Below, one piece after another: positions 53,695-62,906 of a DNA stretch of 64,000 nucleotides. A model generated the notes under the pieces. That model worked only from the letters and a program-made list of their open reading frames with translations, had not been told where the DNA came from and did no database searches. Within the stretch, counting starts at the first letter, position 1. Each line of letters begins with the position of its first letter. Position numbers and translations under genes: made by a program. This DNA comes from a virus. The stretch spans positions 38,810 through 102,809 of the IMG/VR virus record IMGVR_UViG_3300037882_001264, one strand, 5' to 3'.

Positions 53695-54054
53695 TCAGGG
53701 AAGGATCAGTCCAGAGGCCGACCCGTTGCTGCTGGCCTGCTCGGATTGAGCCGACAGGTATTCGCTCCTCGACTTACGGATACCTTCGACCATGCCCCTG
53801 GTCATCTCGGCGATGGCATCGTCGGTGACGCCGAGGTCGAGGATCGTGCTGAGCCCTTGCGAGCGCTCGCCGAGGACGACTCCAGGCATCGTGACGACAG
53901 CGATGATCGCTGGCATGAACTGGCCCGGCGTGTTGCCAGGGAGCATCATGATCGAGACGCCGAAGTCTGCGTCCTCACCTGGCGCACATACGGCCAGGGT
54001 GGACTCCATGACGTCGGAGATTCGCGTGATGAGGTTGGGGTTCTTGCTGGTCAT
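53695..54054 (-). CDS. Hypothetical protein
   Basis: 119 aa; ATGA overlap. Confidence 0.7.
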   Translation of the reverse strand: MTSKNPNLITRISDVMESTLAVCAPGEDADFGVSIMMLPGNTPGQFMPAIIAVVTMPGVVLGERSQGLSTILDLGVTDDAIAEMTRGMVEGIRKSRSEYLSAQSEQASSNGSASGLILP

Positions 54055-55667
54055 GACGACCTCTTTCGGTTGCGGTGGGTACGGGCGATTCGGAGTGCTG
54101 CCTTGCGTTCCTCGGCAGTCATGAAGTTCTCTCCGGCATCCTCGTCTCCAAGGAGGATGTCGGTCTGCTCGTTGCGGTCGATCATCTTGATGCCGATCGA
54201 CTCCTCGACAGTGCCATCGAGGAAGAAGGTCATGCAGGTCACCGACTCAGCAATCGAGTCGATTCTGTGAACCCGGTCGAGCCTCTGCGTTCGGTTGGCG
54301 TACGATAGCGCCGATTCGTACTCGACAACATAGGTCCCCTCAGGGAGGTTGATTCCTCGTGCCCCCGCGTCAGAAGTGAGGAACACACATGGGTCTGGAT
54401 CCGAGCGGAACGACTTACGCGACTCGGTCTGTGCCGCCATGGTCATCTGGCCGTGGTTCAGGTAGACCTTGAAGCCGCTCTCGGTGAGCCGCTTCTGGAT
54501 CACTCGCAAGACCGACTGGCCGAAGAAGGTGAAGACGACAGCCTTGGCGCCCTGCCCCTTGACAACCATGTCGAGGTAGTGCAGGAGTTCCTCTTCCTTC
54601 GCCGAAGAGCACGCCCGCAGGGCATCGGCGCCGATCTCCTCCACGACCATCTTGGCCAGTTTGGAGCCCTCGGGGTTCTCACTGCCGTAGATGAGGCTGG
54701 ACGGGGCACCAGCGACCTGTCGGAGCAAGGTCCATAGGCCGGGCACCGGATCCTCCTGGCCGTCCTGGAGGGCCTCCAGTGTCTCGTAGAGGTTGCGCTG
54801 ATCGTCAGCCATCTGGATGTGCATGGCCTCTTCGACGCGCTTGGGAAACTGGTCGATGATGTCGGGGTCAGACTTGCGCTTGCGGATGATCGCCTTCTGG
54901 CAGATCGCGGCGAAGTCGAGAATGCGCGTGGGGTGGTAGGTGGGCCGGTTGTAGAGGTCCCGGCTCTGGACGTAGACACGCTCGAACTCGGCGACCGTCG
55001 GCATGAGGTCGGGCCGGACGATCCGCATCTGGTTGAAGGCGTCCTCGTAGTCCCGCTCCAGCGGCGTGGCGGTCAGACCCCAAGCCCGGATCTCCGTCGG
55101 GTGGACCTTGCGGAGTTCCTTCAGCGTGCGCTGGTGGGCCTTGTAGATACCCGAACTGCGCTTCCGGAGTTTGACCGGGATCTCGTCGTAGAAGATGGCC
55201 ACGCGCAGGGGGCGGATGATCTCAAGGAGCGGGCCGTCTTTCACGGAGGTGCCCCTGCCGCCAGGAGTACGCACGAAACGCGCCAGGTCGGCCTTAGCCG
55301 TCTCGTAGGTCGTCACGAGCACCTGGGGAACCCCCTTGCGCTCCAGGCGCTGCATGCGCCCGCTCCCATGGTGTACACGAGTGTCCAGCCTGGTGTACTC
55401 CTGGAAGTCGTCCTTCCACTCCCCGACCTTGCCCTTCTCTGCCACGAGCAGCACCAGGTCAGTCTGATCGTCCTCGAACAGTACGGTGGCCAGGCGCATG
55501 GCTGCGTGGCTCTTTCCCGTGCCCGTGTCCCAAACGAGCAGGCCGGAACCCATGACGTACATCCGCGCGATGCCGTCGACTTGGAACGGGTAGAGGCCCC
55601 GGGGCGAGTGGTAGAGCGCACCCTCAGGCCAGCCGTCCTCGGGGAGGGGGCTTGACATGTAGGCCAA
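54051..55667 (-). CDS. SNF2-family helicase
   Basis: LYPFQ, DTGTGKS, TTYE, FYDE, GLTATPLE, SDAGARGINL, QRLDRVHRI. Confidence 0.9.
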   Translation of the reverse strand: MAYMSSPLPEDGWPEGALYHSPRGLYPFQVDGIARMYVMGSGLLVWDTGTGKSHAAMRLATVLFEDDQTDLVLLVAEKGKVGEWKDDFQEYTRLDTRVHHGSGRMQRLERKGVPQVLVTTYETAKADLARFVRTPGGRGTSVKDGPLLEIIRPLRVAIFYDEIPVKLRKRSSGIYKAHQRTLKELRKVHPTEIRAWGLTATPLERDYEDAFNQMRIVRPDLMPTVAEFERVYVQSRDLYNRPTYHPTRILDFAAICQKAIIRKRKSDPDIIDQFPKRVEEAMHIQMADDQRNLYETLEALQDGQEDPVPGLWTLLRQVAGAPSSLIYGSENPEGSKLAKMVVEEIGADALRACSSAKEEELLHYLDMVVKGQGAKAVVFTFFGQSVLRVIQKRLTESGFKVYLNHGQMTMAAQTESRKSFRSDPDPCVFLTSDAGARGINLPEGTYVVEYESALSYANRTQRLDRVHRIDSIAESVTCMTFFLDGTVEESIGIKMIDRNEQTDILLGDEDAGENFMTAEERKAALRIARTHRNRKRSS

Positions 55668-55702
55668 TCTATCCTATAAGGGCAGGTTGGTCCAACTCGG
55701 GA

Positions 55703-58700
55703 TTACTCCTCGATGCCAGGGGCGTCGGGCACCTCGGGCAGTTCTGCAAACTGGGCTGTCGCCTGACCGCTCTTCTCGCCGATCCACCAATCCTGGGGAA
55801 CGGGCTCGTCCCACAGCATGAACCACGGGTCGTTCTGGACGGGCGGCATCATCTCGTATGCAGAGTCGACCGGCCCCTGGATCTGGACAGACTCGCGGAA
55901 GGGGACTCCGAACGGAAGGCCCGCATACCAGGGGCGCATGACCAGGCCACTCACCGACACGTTCGGCCGGGTGCCGGTGACTCGCCACACGAGGCCGTTG
56001 GTCGCGGGCTCGCTCTCCGCGAAGGTCAGGACACCGGACGGGTTGTTCCGAATGTCACCGGCTCGCTGGAACGTGTCCCCGCCATCGTTCGAGAACTCCC
56101 ACTGGATGGGGTCGACGAAGACGGAGATGTTGTCGACCCACCAGCGGTCGCGAGCGTACTCGTTCTGAGTGACTCGGACCCCCATCGATCCGACGTACGG
56201 GGAAAGCGAGTTCTCGATGTCGTTCCACGACATGCTGCCGTCAGCGAGGGAGTCCCACAGGATAGTTCCCGTGTCTCCATCGGGGATGATGTCGGAGCCG
56301 GAGGTCACCTCGCCCCAGGTCTCCCCCTCGTTGACTCCGCCATCGCCGACTCGGTAGGCGACGTACCACTCGGTGAGTTCTCCCGCGTTTGGCGTGATGC
56401 TCGAAGCAGCAAGGACGAGTGTCGGGTCCTCAGACGAGAAGATCTCAACCACCAGCGGGTGGTCCAGGGGCTCGTCGGTGTAGAGCCGCACTGCCGCGTA
56501 GACGTCCTCACCCGGCTCGGCCATGAACGGGCGTGCAGACTGGATCCCGCCGAAGTCGACGAGGTCAGGGTCTTCGGCCAGCGCCTGCCATGACGGGAGG
56601 CTCGGGTCGGGGTCTGAGTCCTCCAGCGCATCCCACGAGAGGTAGCGGGCCTCCAAGGAGTTCCAGTCGCTGCTCTGCCCGCCTCGGACAACCAGCATGG
56701 AATCGCCGAGGATGCTGCTGTAGTCGCTCACGAGTGCTACGCCCGAGTCGCCGTAGCCGATCCACTCACCTTCGGGCTCGTCGAAGTTCGGGTCTGTGAG
56801 GATCTGGACCGGCGGGGTCTGAACCGTAGCAAACTGGAGTCCCGTCACCGCGTCGGTGGACTGGAACACTGTGCTGGTCGAGACCCGGACGTTGGTGTTG
56901 TCCTTGGTCGTGAGCCTCTCGCCGAGTTCGTCGAAGACCCAGTCGTTGGCCCCGCTCTCGATCCGCTCATCATCGAGGAAGTTCTCCACGTACCGCGCAG
57001 TGTTGCTGTCCTCGCGGTAGTCGCACCGAATCATGCGCAGGCTCTTCAGCCCGACGAAGTAGGCGATGCGCTGAGCGAACTGGACCTTGAGGGATGTGTA
57101 CTGGTGACGCCCCCGCTGGACGAAGCGCGGCTTCGCGGTGACACCCCACGGGGTGAAGTTGAAGTAGCCACCCGCAGCACGAAGGCGAGAGGAGATGTCC
57201 GGGTCGGATGAGTAGATGACCTCGGTCGGCGCATACGGGCTCTGCGGCCTGGCGTTCTGAGTCTGGTAGAAGACGCGGTAGGAGTCAGGGAACACACCCT
57301 CTGGCGAGATCTGCTGCGAGACGACGATGCCAGATCCGCCTGCGTGACCAGAGAGCCGGGGCAAGAAGATCCTGCTCTGCGCCCTAGTCATTGAGCGTGG
57401 GAAGATCTTGACGTCGCGCCAGATAGAGCCGACGGCCTCGTAGGGCTCTGGCGTCAGGTCACTGAACTCGAACTTGAAGTAGGTTGCGCGAACCGGGTCG
57501 AACTCCAGGTAGCCCCGGCGCAGCGCGAAGTCGCGGTTGATGGGAGTCCACTCGATGTCGAACGCAGGGTCACCTCGGCCGCCAAGGAACCCGAACGGCT
57601 CGGCGTCCGGACCATCGAGCGTGGTGAACGTCGGGCTGTACCGGAGGACGGCATTGCGCTCGTAGCCAGAGAAGTCCTGGTAGTAGCCAGAGCCATCGAC
57701 GAAGACCGCCGGATCAGCATTGAACACGCTGGCCGCGTTGAGGTCTGTCGGCTCCTCGTGGATGGCCATGCGCACCAGTTGCCACGGTGCCTCAACACCC
57801 TCATCGCCACCGCCGAGGATGGTCTGGGTTCCGAGGTAGTCGTTCCTGCCGGTCTGGATGAGGCCACCATCGTTGATGACCATCCCGAGGTTCGTCTTGT
57901 CGCTGTAGAGCGAGACGTTGATGACGTCGCCCTGCTCGAACTCCAGCAGGTTGCGGGCCTCGTTGCCGCTTACGACTCCACCCGTCAGGATGAAGCCGCG
58001 CCCCTCACCATCTTCCGACCCAGCCTGCCACGAGAAGACCCCGGAGAGGAAGGACAAGATGGGGACCCGCGTGTCGAACTCCTGGCTCGAAGAAGAGAAC
58101 CCCATGCGGAGGCTCATGTGCACCACGTAGGGGAGGTCGGTGTTGATCTGGGGGATGGTGTTCTTGATGAAGAATGCTGCGGGTCCGCTGAAGGTGAGCC
58201 CCGTGTCGGCCTTAGTCGGGCCGGTCCCCAGGTCCCCACACTCGCTGTTGCTGAGCGGGACGCTCCCGGAAACGAAGTCGCCGTCGATCACGTCGTTGGT
58301 GTAGTAGAGGTTCAGCGAAGGTCCCGAGTAAAGCGGGTCGATGAAGAACCTGTCGATGACCTGACCGCGACCCTCGGGACCTCTGGCATCGACATACAGA
58401 TTGACGACGGCGCTGTTGATCGGCTGCGGCCCGCTGCGCCACGCCCGCCCGCCAGTGATGAGTGTGGACGCGCGAATCTCACGCAGGAAGTACTCAGTCG
58501 AGGATCCCAGCGAGTCACGGCCTCGCAAGAACGGCTCGTGCTCGACGATGGACCCGCCCCGGAGCGGCATGCGCGGGACATCCTCCTTGCCAGCCACAGC
58601 GTAGCCAGCGCTGAAGCCCTTGACTCCGAGCGAGTAGGGGAGCGGCGCACCAGTGAGACTACGGGGCGCGAGGCCCTCGGAGCGAACAAGGATCAGGCGC

Positions 58701-59164
58701 ACGTTCTTCGCAGTGAAGGGGGCCAGACCGATGCGGTGTGGAGCCCAGTGGCCAGCACCGTAGTGCTGGGGGTGGCCGCCACGCTCTGTCGCGGCAGGGT
58801 TGATGACCTCGGGGATGGAGTTCGAGATTACGACGCTGGCCTTCTGCGTACGGCTCCCCGGGCGCGTGCAGTACTCCCACTTGCCCGATGCCGGGTTCAG
58901 CCACTGCACGTAGCACAGGTGGGGGAACTTCGCGAGAGCCACGTCGATGTAGTTGATCCGCTGGGGAGAGTCGAAGACGACCTCATAGACCTCGCGGATC
59001 GGAGAGGCTTGCGGGCGGCTCGGTGTAGACCAGAAGTCCTTACCCTGCTCCACCCGGTTGACTCGCTGGCTCGAAGCCAGGGCATCGCCCAGTTCCTTGA
59101 TGGGCGATCCACCCGCGTAGATAGGCGAGGTAACTCGACCAGGGTAGTTGTCCGTTTCAGGCAT
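55703..59164 (-). CDS. Large baseplate/tail-associated structural protein
   Basis: About 1150 aa, beta-rich; coupled (TAATG) downstream of the baseplate genes. Confidence 0.7.
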   Translation of the reverse strand: MPETDNYPGRVTSPIYAGGSPIKELGDALASSQRVNRVEQGKDFWSTPSRPQASPIREVYEVVFDSPQRINYIDVALAKFPHLCYVQWLNPASGKWEYCTRPGSRTQKASVVISNSIPEVINPAATERGGHPQHYGAGHWAPHRIGLAPFTAKNVRLILVRSEGLAPRSLTGAPLPYSLGVKGFSAGYAVAGKEDVPRMPLRGGSIVEHEPFLRGRDSLGSSTEYFLREIRASTLITGGRAWRSGPQPINSAVVNLYVDARGPEGRGQVIDRFFIDPLYSGPSLNLYYTNDVIDGDFVSGSVPLSNSECGDLGTGPTKADTGLTFSGPAAFFIKNTIPQINTDLPYVVHMSLRMGFSSSSQEFDTRVPILSFLSGVFSWQAGSEDGEGRGFILTGGVVSGNEARNLLEFEQGDVINVSLYSDKTNLGMVINDGGLIQTGRNDYLGTQTILGGGDEGVEAPWQLVRMAIHEEPTDLNAASVFNADPAVFVDGSGYYQDFSGYERNAVLRYSPTFTTLDGPDAEPFGFLGGRGDPAFDIEWTPINRDFALRRGYLEFDPVRATYFKFEFSDLTPEPYEAVGSIWRDVKIFPRSMTRAQSRIFLPRLSGHAGGSGIVVSQQISPEGVFPDSYRVFYQTQNARPQSPYAPTEVIYSSDPDISSRLRAAGGYFNFTPWGVTAKPRFVQRGRHQYTSLKVQFAQRIAYFVGLKSLRMIRCDYREDSNTARYVENFLDDERIESGANDWVFDELGERLTTKDNTNVRVSTSTVFQSTDAVTGLQFATVQTPPVQILTDPNFDEPEGEWIGYGDSGVALVSDYSSILGDSMLVVRGGQSSDWNSLEARYLSWDALEDSDPDPSLPSWQALAEDPDLVDFGGIQSARPFMAEPGEDVYAAVRLYTDEPLDHPLVVEIFSSEDPTLVLAASSITPNAGELTEWYVAYRVGDGGVNEGETWGEVTSGSDIIPDGDTGTILWDSLADGSMSWNDIENSLSPYVGSMGVRVTQNEYARDRWWVDNISVFVDPIQWEFSNDGGDTFQRAGDIRNNPSGVLTFAESEPATNGLVWRVTGTRPNVSVSGLVMRPWYAGLPFGVPFRESVQIQGPVDSAYEMMPPVQNDPWFMLWDEPVPQDWWIGEKSGQATAQFAELPEVPDAPGIEE

Positions 59165-60555
59165 TACGCATACACCCACTCAACGTATTGCGGAGACGTG
59201 GCTGAGGCTGAGTACGGGTGGGCTGTGAGCGAGTTGTCCTCAGACAGGAGCGCAGCGCTCGCAGCACTCGGGTCAAGGATCCCGCGTCGAGGAATGAACT
59301 CCTCCCGGGTGCCGTCTCCGAGGATCATGTCTTCCCAGTTGGTAGGCTCAGAGAGCACGCCATCCTCGATAGAGTCTGGCGCCGCGTCATCAAGGCCAGA
59401 TAGCGTGTACCCATTGGCCCCGACGATGTTGCCCGCATGCGAGACTCGGTACCCCACTGCACCCGACATCGGGGGCACACTTTCGAGCGACATGCCGTTG
59501 ACGGGGAACGAGATGCCGAGGTCCGAAGCACCAGACTCCGGGTACATCACCCTGGCAGAGAACCTGCCGACGTTGCGCCGAAGGACACGCTTGCCGACCT
59601 CCCAGAAGTTGCTGTCCGAGGAGACAGCGCGCATCGGCGCGTCGATGTGGAAGGCCACACCTCGATCATCGATCGTGAGGAGCGATCCCGCAGGCTTCAA
59701 CTTGCCGAGCACCTGGGTCAGGCTGCGCCGGTCTGCCTCACGGATGCTCCCGTCGAAGTCATCTGAGTAGTTCTTGATCGGACGCACGATGAACTCAGCA
59801 GCGGTGTTGGTCTCCGACCGGCCGAGAACGACACTACCCTCAAGGCCAGACCAGGATTCTCCGCTCACCTCATCCCAGAGGACCGAGCCGTCGTCTCCAT
59901 CGGGCGGGTTGTCGGGGTCTGATGTCGTCTCGGCCCAGGTGTTGTTGATCGCTGGGGTGAACCCATCGGAGCCGAGGAAGCGCCAGATCTCGTAGACCTC
60001 ACAGGGGGCACCCACAACAGCCTCTGCTGCCATCTGCATGCCGGGCACAGTTCCGCCCAGGGGGATGGCTCGTGCGAGCGCCTCGATGCGATTGCGATAG
60101 CCAGCGTCGAGCGCACGGATGGCCTCCCACTCGTCAACTGTCGCAAGCCCAGCCTGCGGGTTGAAGGGGAGTTGCTCTTGCTGCTGTCGCCCCTCACCGA
60201 AGATTGCCCCGTAGAGGCCGTCGAGGTCGTAGAAGTGGCTGCCAGCCATCGTGGAGGCGAGCCGGACGATCGTGTTGCGCTTGGCGAGTTGGCCAGCGCC
60301 GGAGTCACCGATCAGCGCCCGCATGAATCGCATGAGGTGGCTCTCGGAGCGGAGGTCATACAGGTCGGGCGGGAAGTTGCGAACGGCGTCCTGAGTGATC
60401 AGCGGAGGGTTCAGAAGTCCGGTGCCCCGGTCTAGCCCCTCGACCTCTGGCCCTTCAGGGACAGTCTGTAGCGGGAGGATACCGACACTGGCTTGAGCGT
60501 CGGTCTCGAAGAATCCGCCCTCGGTAGTGAACGGGTCAGTGCTCTCGAAAGGCAC
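59164..60555 (-). CDS. Baseplate wedge (gpI/P2-like) protein
   Basis: Follows baseplate J; LDGLYG.IFG...D..YR.RI...GGT..G...A; L.KLKPAG. Confidence 0.7.
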   Translation of the reverse strand: MPFESTDPFTTEGGFFETDAQASVGILPLQTVPEGPEVEGLDRGTGLLNPPLITQDAVRNFPPDLYDLRSESHLMRFMRALIGDSGAGQLAKRNTIVRLASTMAGSHFYDLDGLYGAIFGEGRQQQEQLPFNPQAGLATVDEWEAIRALDAGYRNRIEALARAIPLGGTVPGMQMAAEAVVGAPCEVYEIWRFLGSDGFTPAINNTWAETTSDPDNPPDGDDGSVLWDEVSGESWSGLEGSVVLGRSETNTAAEFIVRPIKNYSDDFDGSIREADRRSLTQVLGKLKPAGSLLTIDDRGVAFHIDAPMRAVSSDSNFWEVGKRVLRRNVGRFSARVMYPESGASDLGISFPVNGMSLESVPPMSGAVGYRVSHAGNIVGANGYTLSGLDDAAPDSIEDGVLSEPTNWEDMILGDGTREEFIPRRGILDPSAASAALLSEDNSLTAHPYSASATSPQYVEWVYA

Positions 60556-60557
60556 GG

Positions 60558-62393
60558 CTACCCCCCGAAGGTGTTCTGAGCGCGGACATCCTTGTAGACG
60601 AACTCAAGGACCGGATTGTGGTTGTCGCTCAGCGTGACATCCTGCGGTCGTCCGATGCTCGTGACGTAGGTCTGGGTCACACCGCCACCCTCAACCAACT
60701 GGATGCCGATCTGATAGTCGTTCTTCAGCGAGTTGTTGTACGCAGGCACATCCGCCCCCTCCAGGAAGCGAACAGCGTCAACGCCGGACACGTTGGACAC
60801 AGCGCGGAGCACGTCGGACACCTGGATCACTGACCCCATCCCTCGCTGCACGAGGTAGGTCGAGATCGCGGTGTCGATCGCGGTGTTCACGTCATTCTGG
60901 GTTCGTGTCCCGTCGTACATCACCGCGAGATTGAAGCGCAGCGCGCGATCGACACCCTGGTGCACGAGTGCATCGATGCCGACGAGGCGCCAGCGGTCAA
61001 CCTCGACCTGGACGGAGGCAGGCACCTCGTTGTAGATGTAGTCATCGTTGAGGCCGATGGTCACCGTGTTGCCCGTCAAGGGCGCGGCGTAACCAGCCGC
61101 ATCGTCGAGCATCTCTAGGCCGAACAGCGAGACGGGGGTAAGACCGTTGACAGTGGTGTCGTGCACGATCCGGTATGCGTCAGTGACGATGCCAGGGGCG
61201 GCAGTGACACCCCGTCGACCGTAAGTGAGTGCGCCCCAGGTGATCGCCTCGGGCACCGAGATGATGGGGCCGAATGCGAGCGGGACGAAGATGTTCCCTG
61301 ACGTAGGGGGCGTTCCGTCGACCCCCTTGAAGTTCGCCACGTTGTAGGGACTACCCGGGGTCGTGTTGAAGGTCGGCATCGAGGACTTCCACACGAGCGT
61401 CTGTGCGGCGCTCTTGGGGCGAGTGCCCGCGACCCAGATGTCGACCTTGCTCGCGATCCCTGCTGCCGGGTTGTTGCGGCTCGCCTGGGAGACGTACTCG
61501 AAGTCGAGATCAATGATCGAGCCAGGAGGCATTCGCGTGGCAGAGATGGCGCTGAGCGAGGGGTACGGAGTCGCGGCGTTCCAGGTGTAGTCCAGGCCCT
61601 TGGAGGCTACGTCTCCAGCAGCGAGATCCGGCCCCACGAACACACCGCTCGCGAAGACGTACGAAGCATCGGGAACCTGGCTCACCGCAGTGTTGTCATC
61701 CTCGACCTGGAGACGCTCGCGACGACGCTTCGACGAGCCAAGGACAGTCGCTGAGGTGCAGTTGGCGTCGGCCAGCGCGATGCCTCGGTACATCTGCTCG
61801 GTTCCCGCCAGCGAGCGGAAGACCGTGGACTTCCAGCGTGCGCGCAGTTCGGTGTCTGACTCGGGGTTAGTGCCGCCAGTGAGGGGCAGTGGGTTCGTCA
61901 CGCCAGTCACATTGATGACGGGGCTGATCAAGAGCACCAGGGATCCCGCAGCAAGGTTACCATCGACCCCGGGGCTCACAGCCTGGATGGGGATCGAGAT
62001 GGAGTTCTGGCCCGGAGCCATGCTCGCCGTCACGATCGTAACCGCAACGATCGCCGGAGATCCCAGCGTAGAGATCTCGGTGCCTGCGGGGATCGTCACT
62101 GTGACGTCACTGGCCCCCAACCGCTGGAAGGTGATCGCGCCCGACGCCCTCTTCGGGGTCAGGCGAGCGATGCCGAACAGTTGCGTGAACGCATCAAGAT
62201 CTGACCCGGCCTTCGAGTCGATGTCGTACTGGTACGAGGTCATGTGCTGGTCGACGTAGGCATTGGCGACGGTGTACGCGACTGCGTCGATGATCTTGCG
62301 AGTCGAGGTGCCCACCGAGGTGTCGAGTTCAGGGTCCGTCACCCGGAGGGTGTTGATGATCTGGTCGGCGACCTCAGAGAGAGTTGCAGCCAT
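60558..62393 (-). CDS. Baseplate J-like protein
   Basis: GSDLD...FGIAR, TIPAGT, AVSPGVDGNL, VTNPLPLTGGTNPESDTELRAR; indicates a contractile tail. Confidence 0.9.
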   Translation of the reverse strand: MAATLSEVADQIINTLRVTDPELDTSVGTSTRKIIDAVAYTVANAYVDQHMTSYQYDIDSKAGSDLDAFTQLFGIARLTPKRASGAITFQRLGASDVTVTIPAGTEISTLGSPAIVAVTIVTASMAPGQNSISIPIQAVSPGVDGNLAAGSLVLLISPVINVTGVTNPLPLTGGTNPESDTELRARWKSTVFRSLAGTEQMYRGIALADANCTSATVLGSSKRRRERLQVEDDNTAVSQVPDASYVFASGVFVGPDLAAGDVASKGLDYTWNAATPYPSLSAISATRMPPGSIIDLDFEYVSQASRNNPAAGIASKVDIWVAGTRPKSAAQTLVWKSSMPTFNTTPGSPYNVANFKGVDGTPPTSGNIFVPLAFGPIISVPEAITWGALTYGRRGVTAAPGIVTDAYRIVHDTTVNGLTPVSLFGLEMLDDAAGYAAPLTGNTVTIGLNDDYIYNEVPASVQVEVDRWRLVGIDALVHQGVDRALRFNLAVMYDGTRTQNDVNTAIDTAISTYLVQRGMGSVIQVSDVLRAVSNVSGVDAVRFLEGADVPAYNNSLKNDYQIGIQLVEGGGVTQTYVTSIGRPQDVTLSDNHNPVLEFVYKDVRAQNTFGG

Positions 62394-62821
62394 TAGAGGG
62401 TCACCGTCCGAGTGATGGGGAGTGTGCGACCGGCTTGGGTCGTGAGGTTCATGGACACCTTGATCGAGTCGAGAGAGACAACAGCGTTCACGTCGCTGAC
62501 CCCGGTGACGATGTCGGCCGTCATGAACGAGGACCGAGCCTGCTGGAGGCTGTCCTCCCTCAGGATCCGGTTCTGGTTGGTGATGTACTGCTGGACGACC
62601 CGGTTGACCTCAGACTTGACCTGGAAGATCGTCTCGTCATCGATCGGCTGCCCGAGGTACTGCACCACGACCGAGCCCCACTCGGGGTGGAAAGGGTCCG
62701 CGCCCAACTCCTCGCCCAGAGCCAAGGCCAGGTCCTGCTGGATCCGGGGGCCGCCAGTGACAGTCCTGTGCCCGCCGGGACCGGCGACGAGGTCTCCAGA
62801 GACCAGTGCGAGCGACTTCAT
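62393..62821 (-). CDS. Baseplate wedge gp25/W-like protein
   Basis: QDLALAL.E.LG..PFHPEWGS motif; precedes baseplate J. Confidence 0.85.
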   Translation of the reverse strand: MKSLALVSGDLVAGPGGHRTVTGGPRIQQDLALALGEELGADPFHPEWGSVVVQYLGQPIDDETIFQVKSEVNRVVQQYITNQNRILREDSLQQARSSFMTADIVTGVSDVNAVVSLDSIKVSMNLTTQAGRTLPITRTVTL

Positions 62822-62829
62822 GACTACCT

Positions 62830-62867
62830 CCTACCCCTTCATGGGCGGTGCGGGGGAGGGCGACAGG
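62830..62867 (-). promoter_or_regulatory. Bipartite late-type motif copy 6: CCTGTC-N21-GAAGGGGTAGG
   Basis: Heads the baseplate operon and merges into the GGAGG RBS. Confidence 0.7.
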
Positions 62868-62906
62868 GCTACCGTTTCAAGCGTTTGTAGAGCCCCGACC
62901 GCAGGC

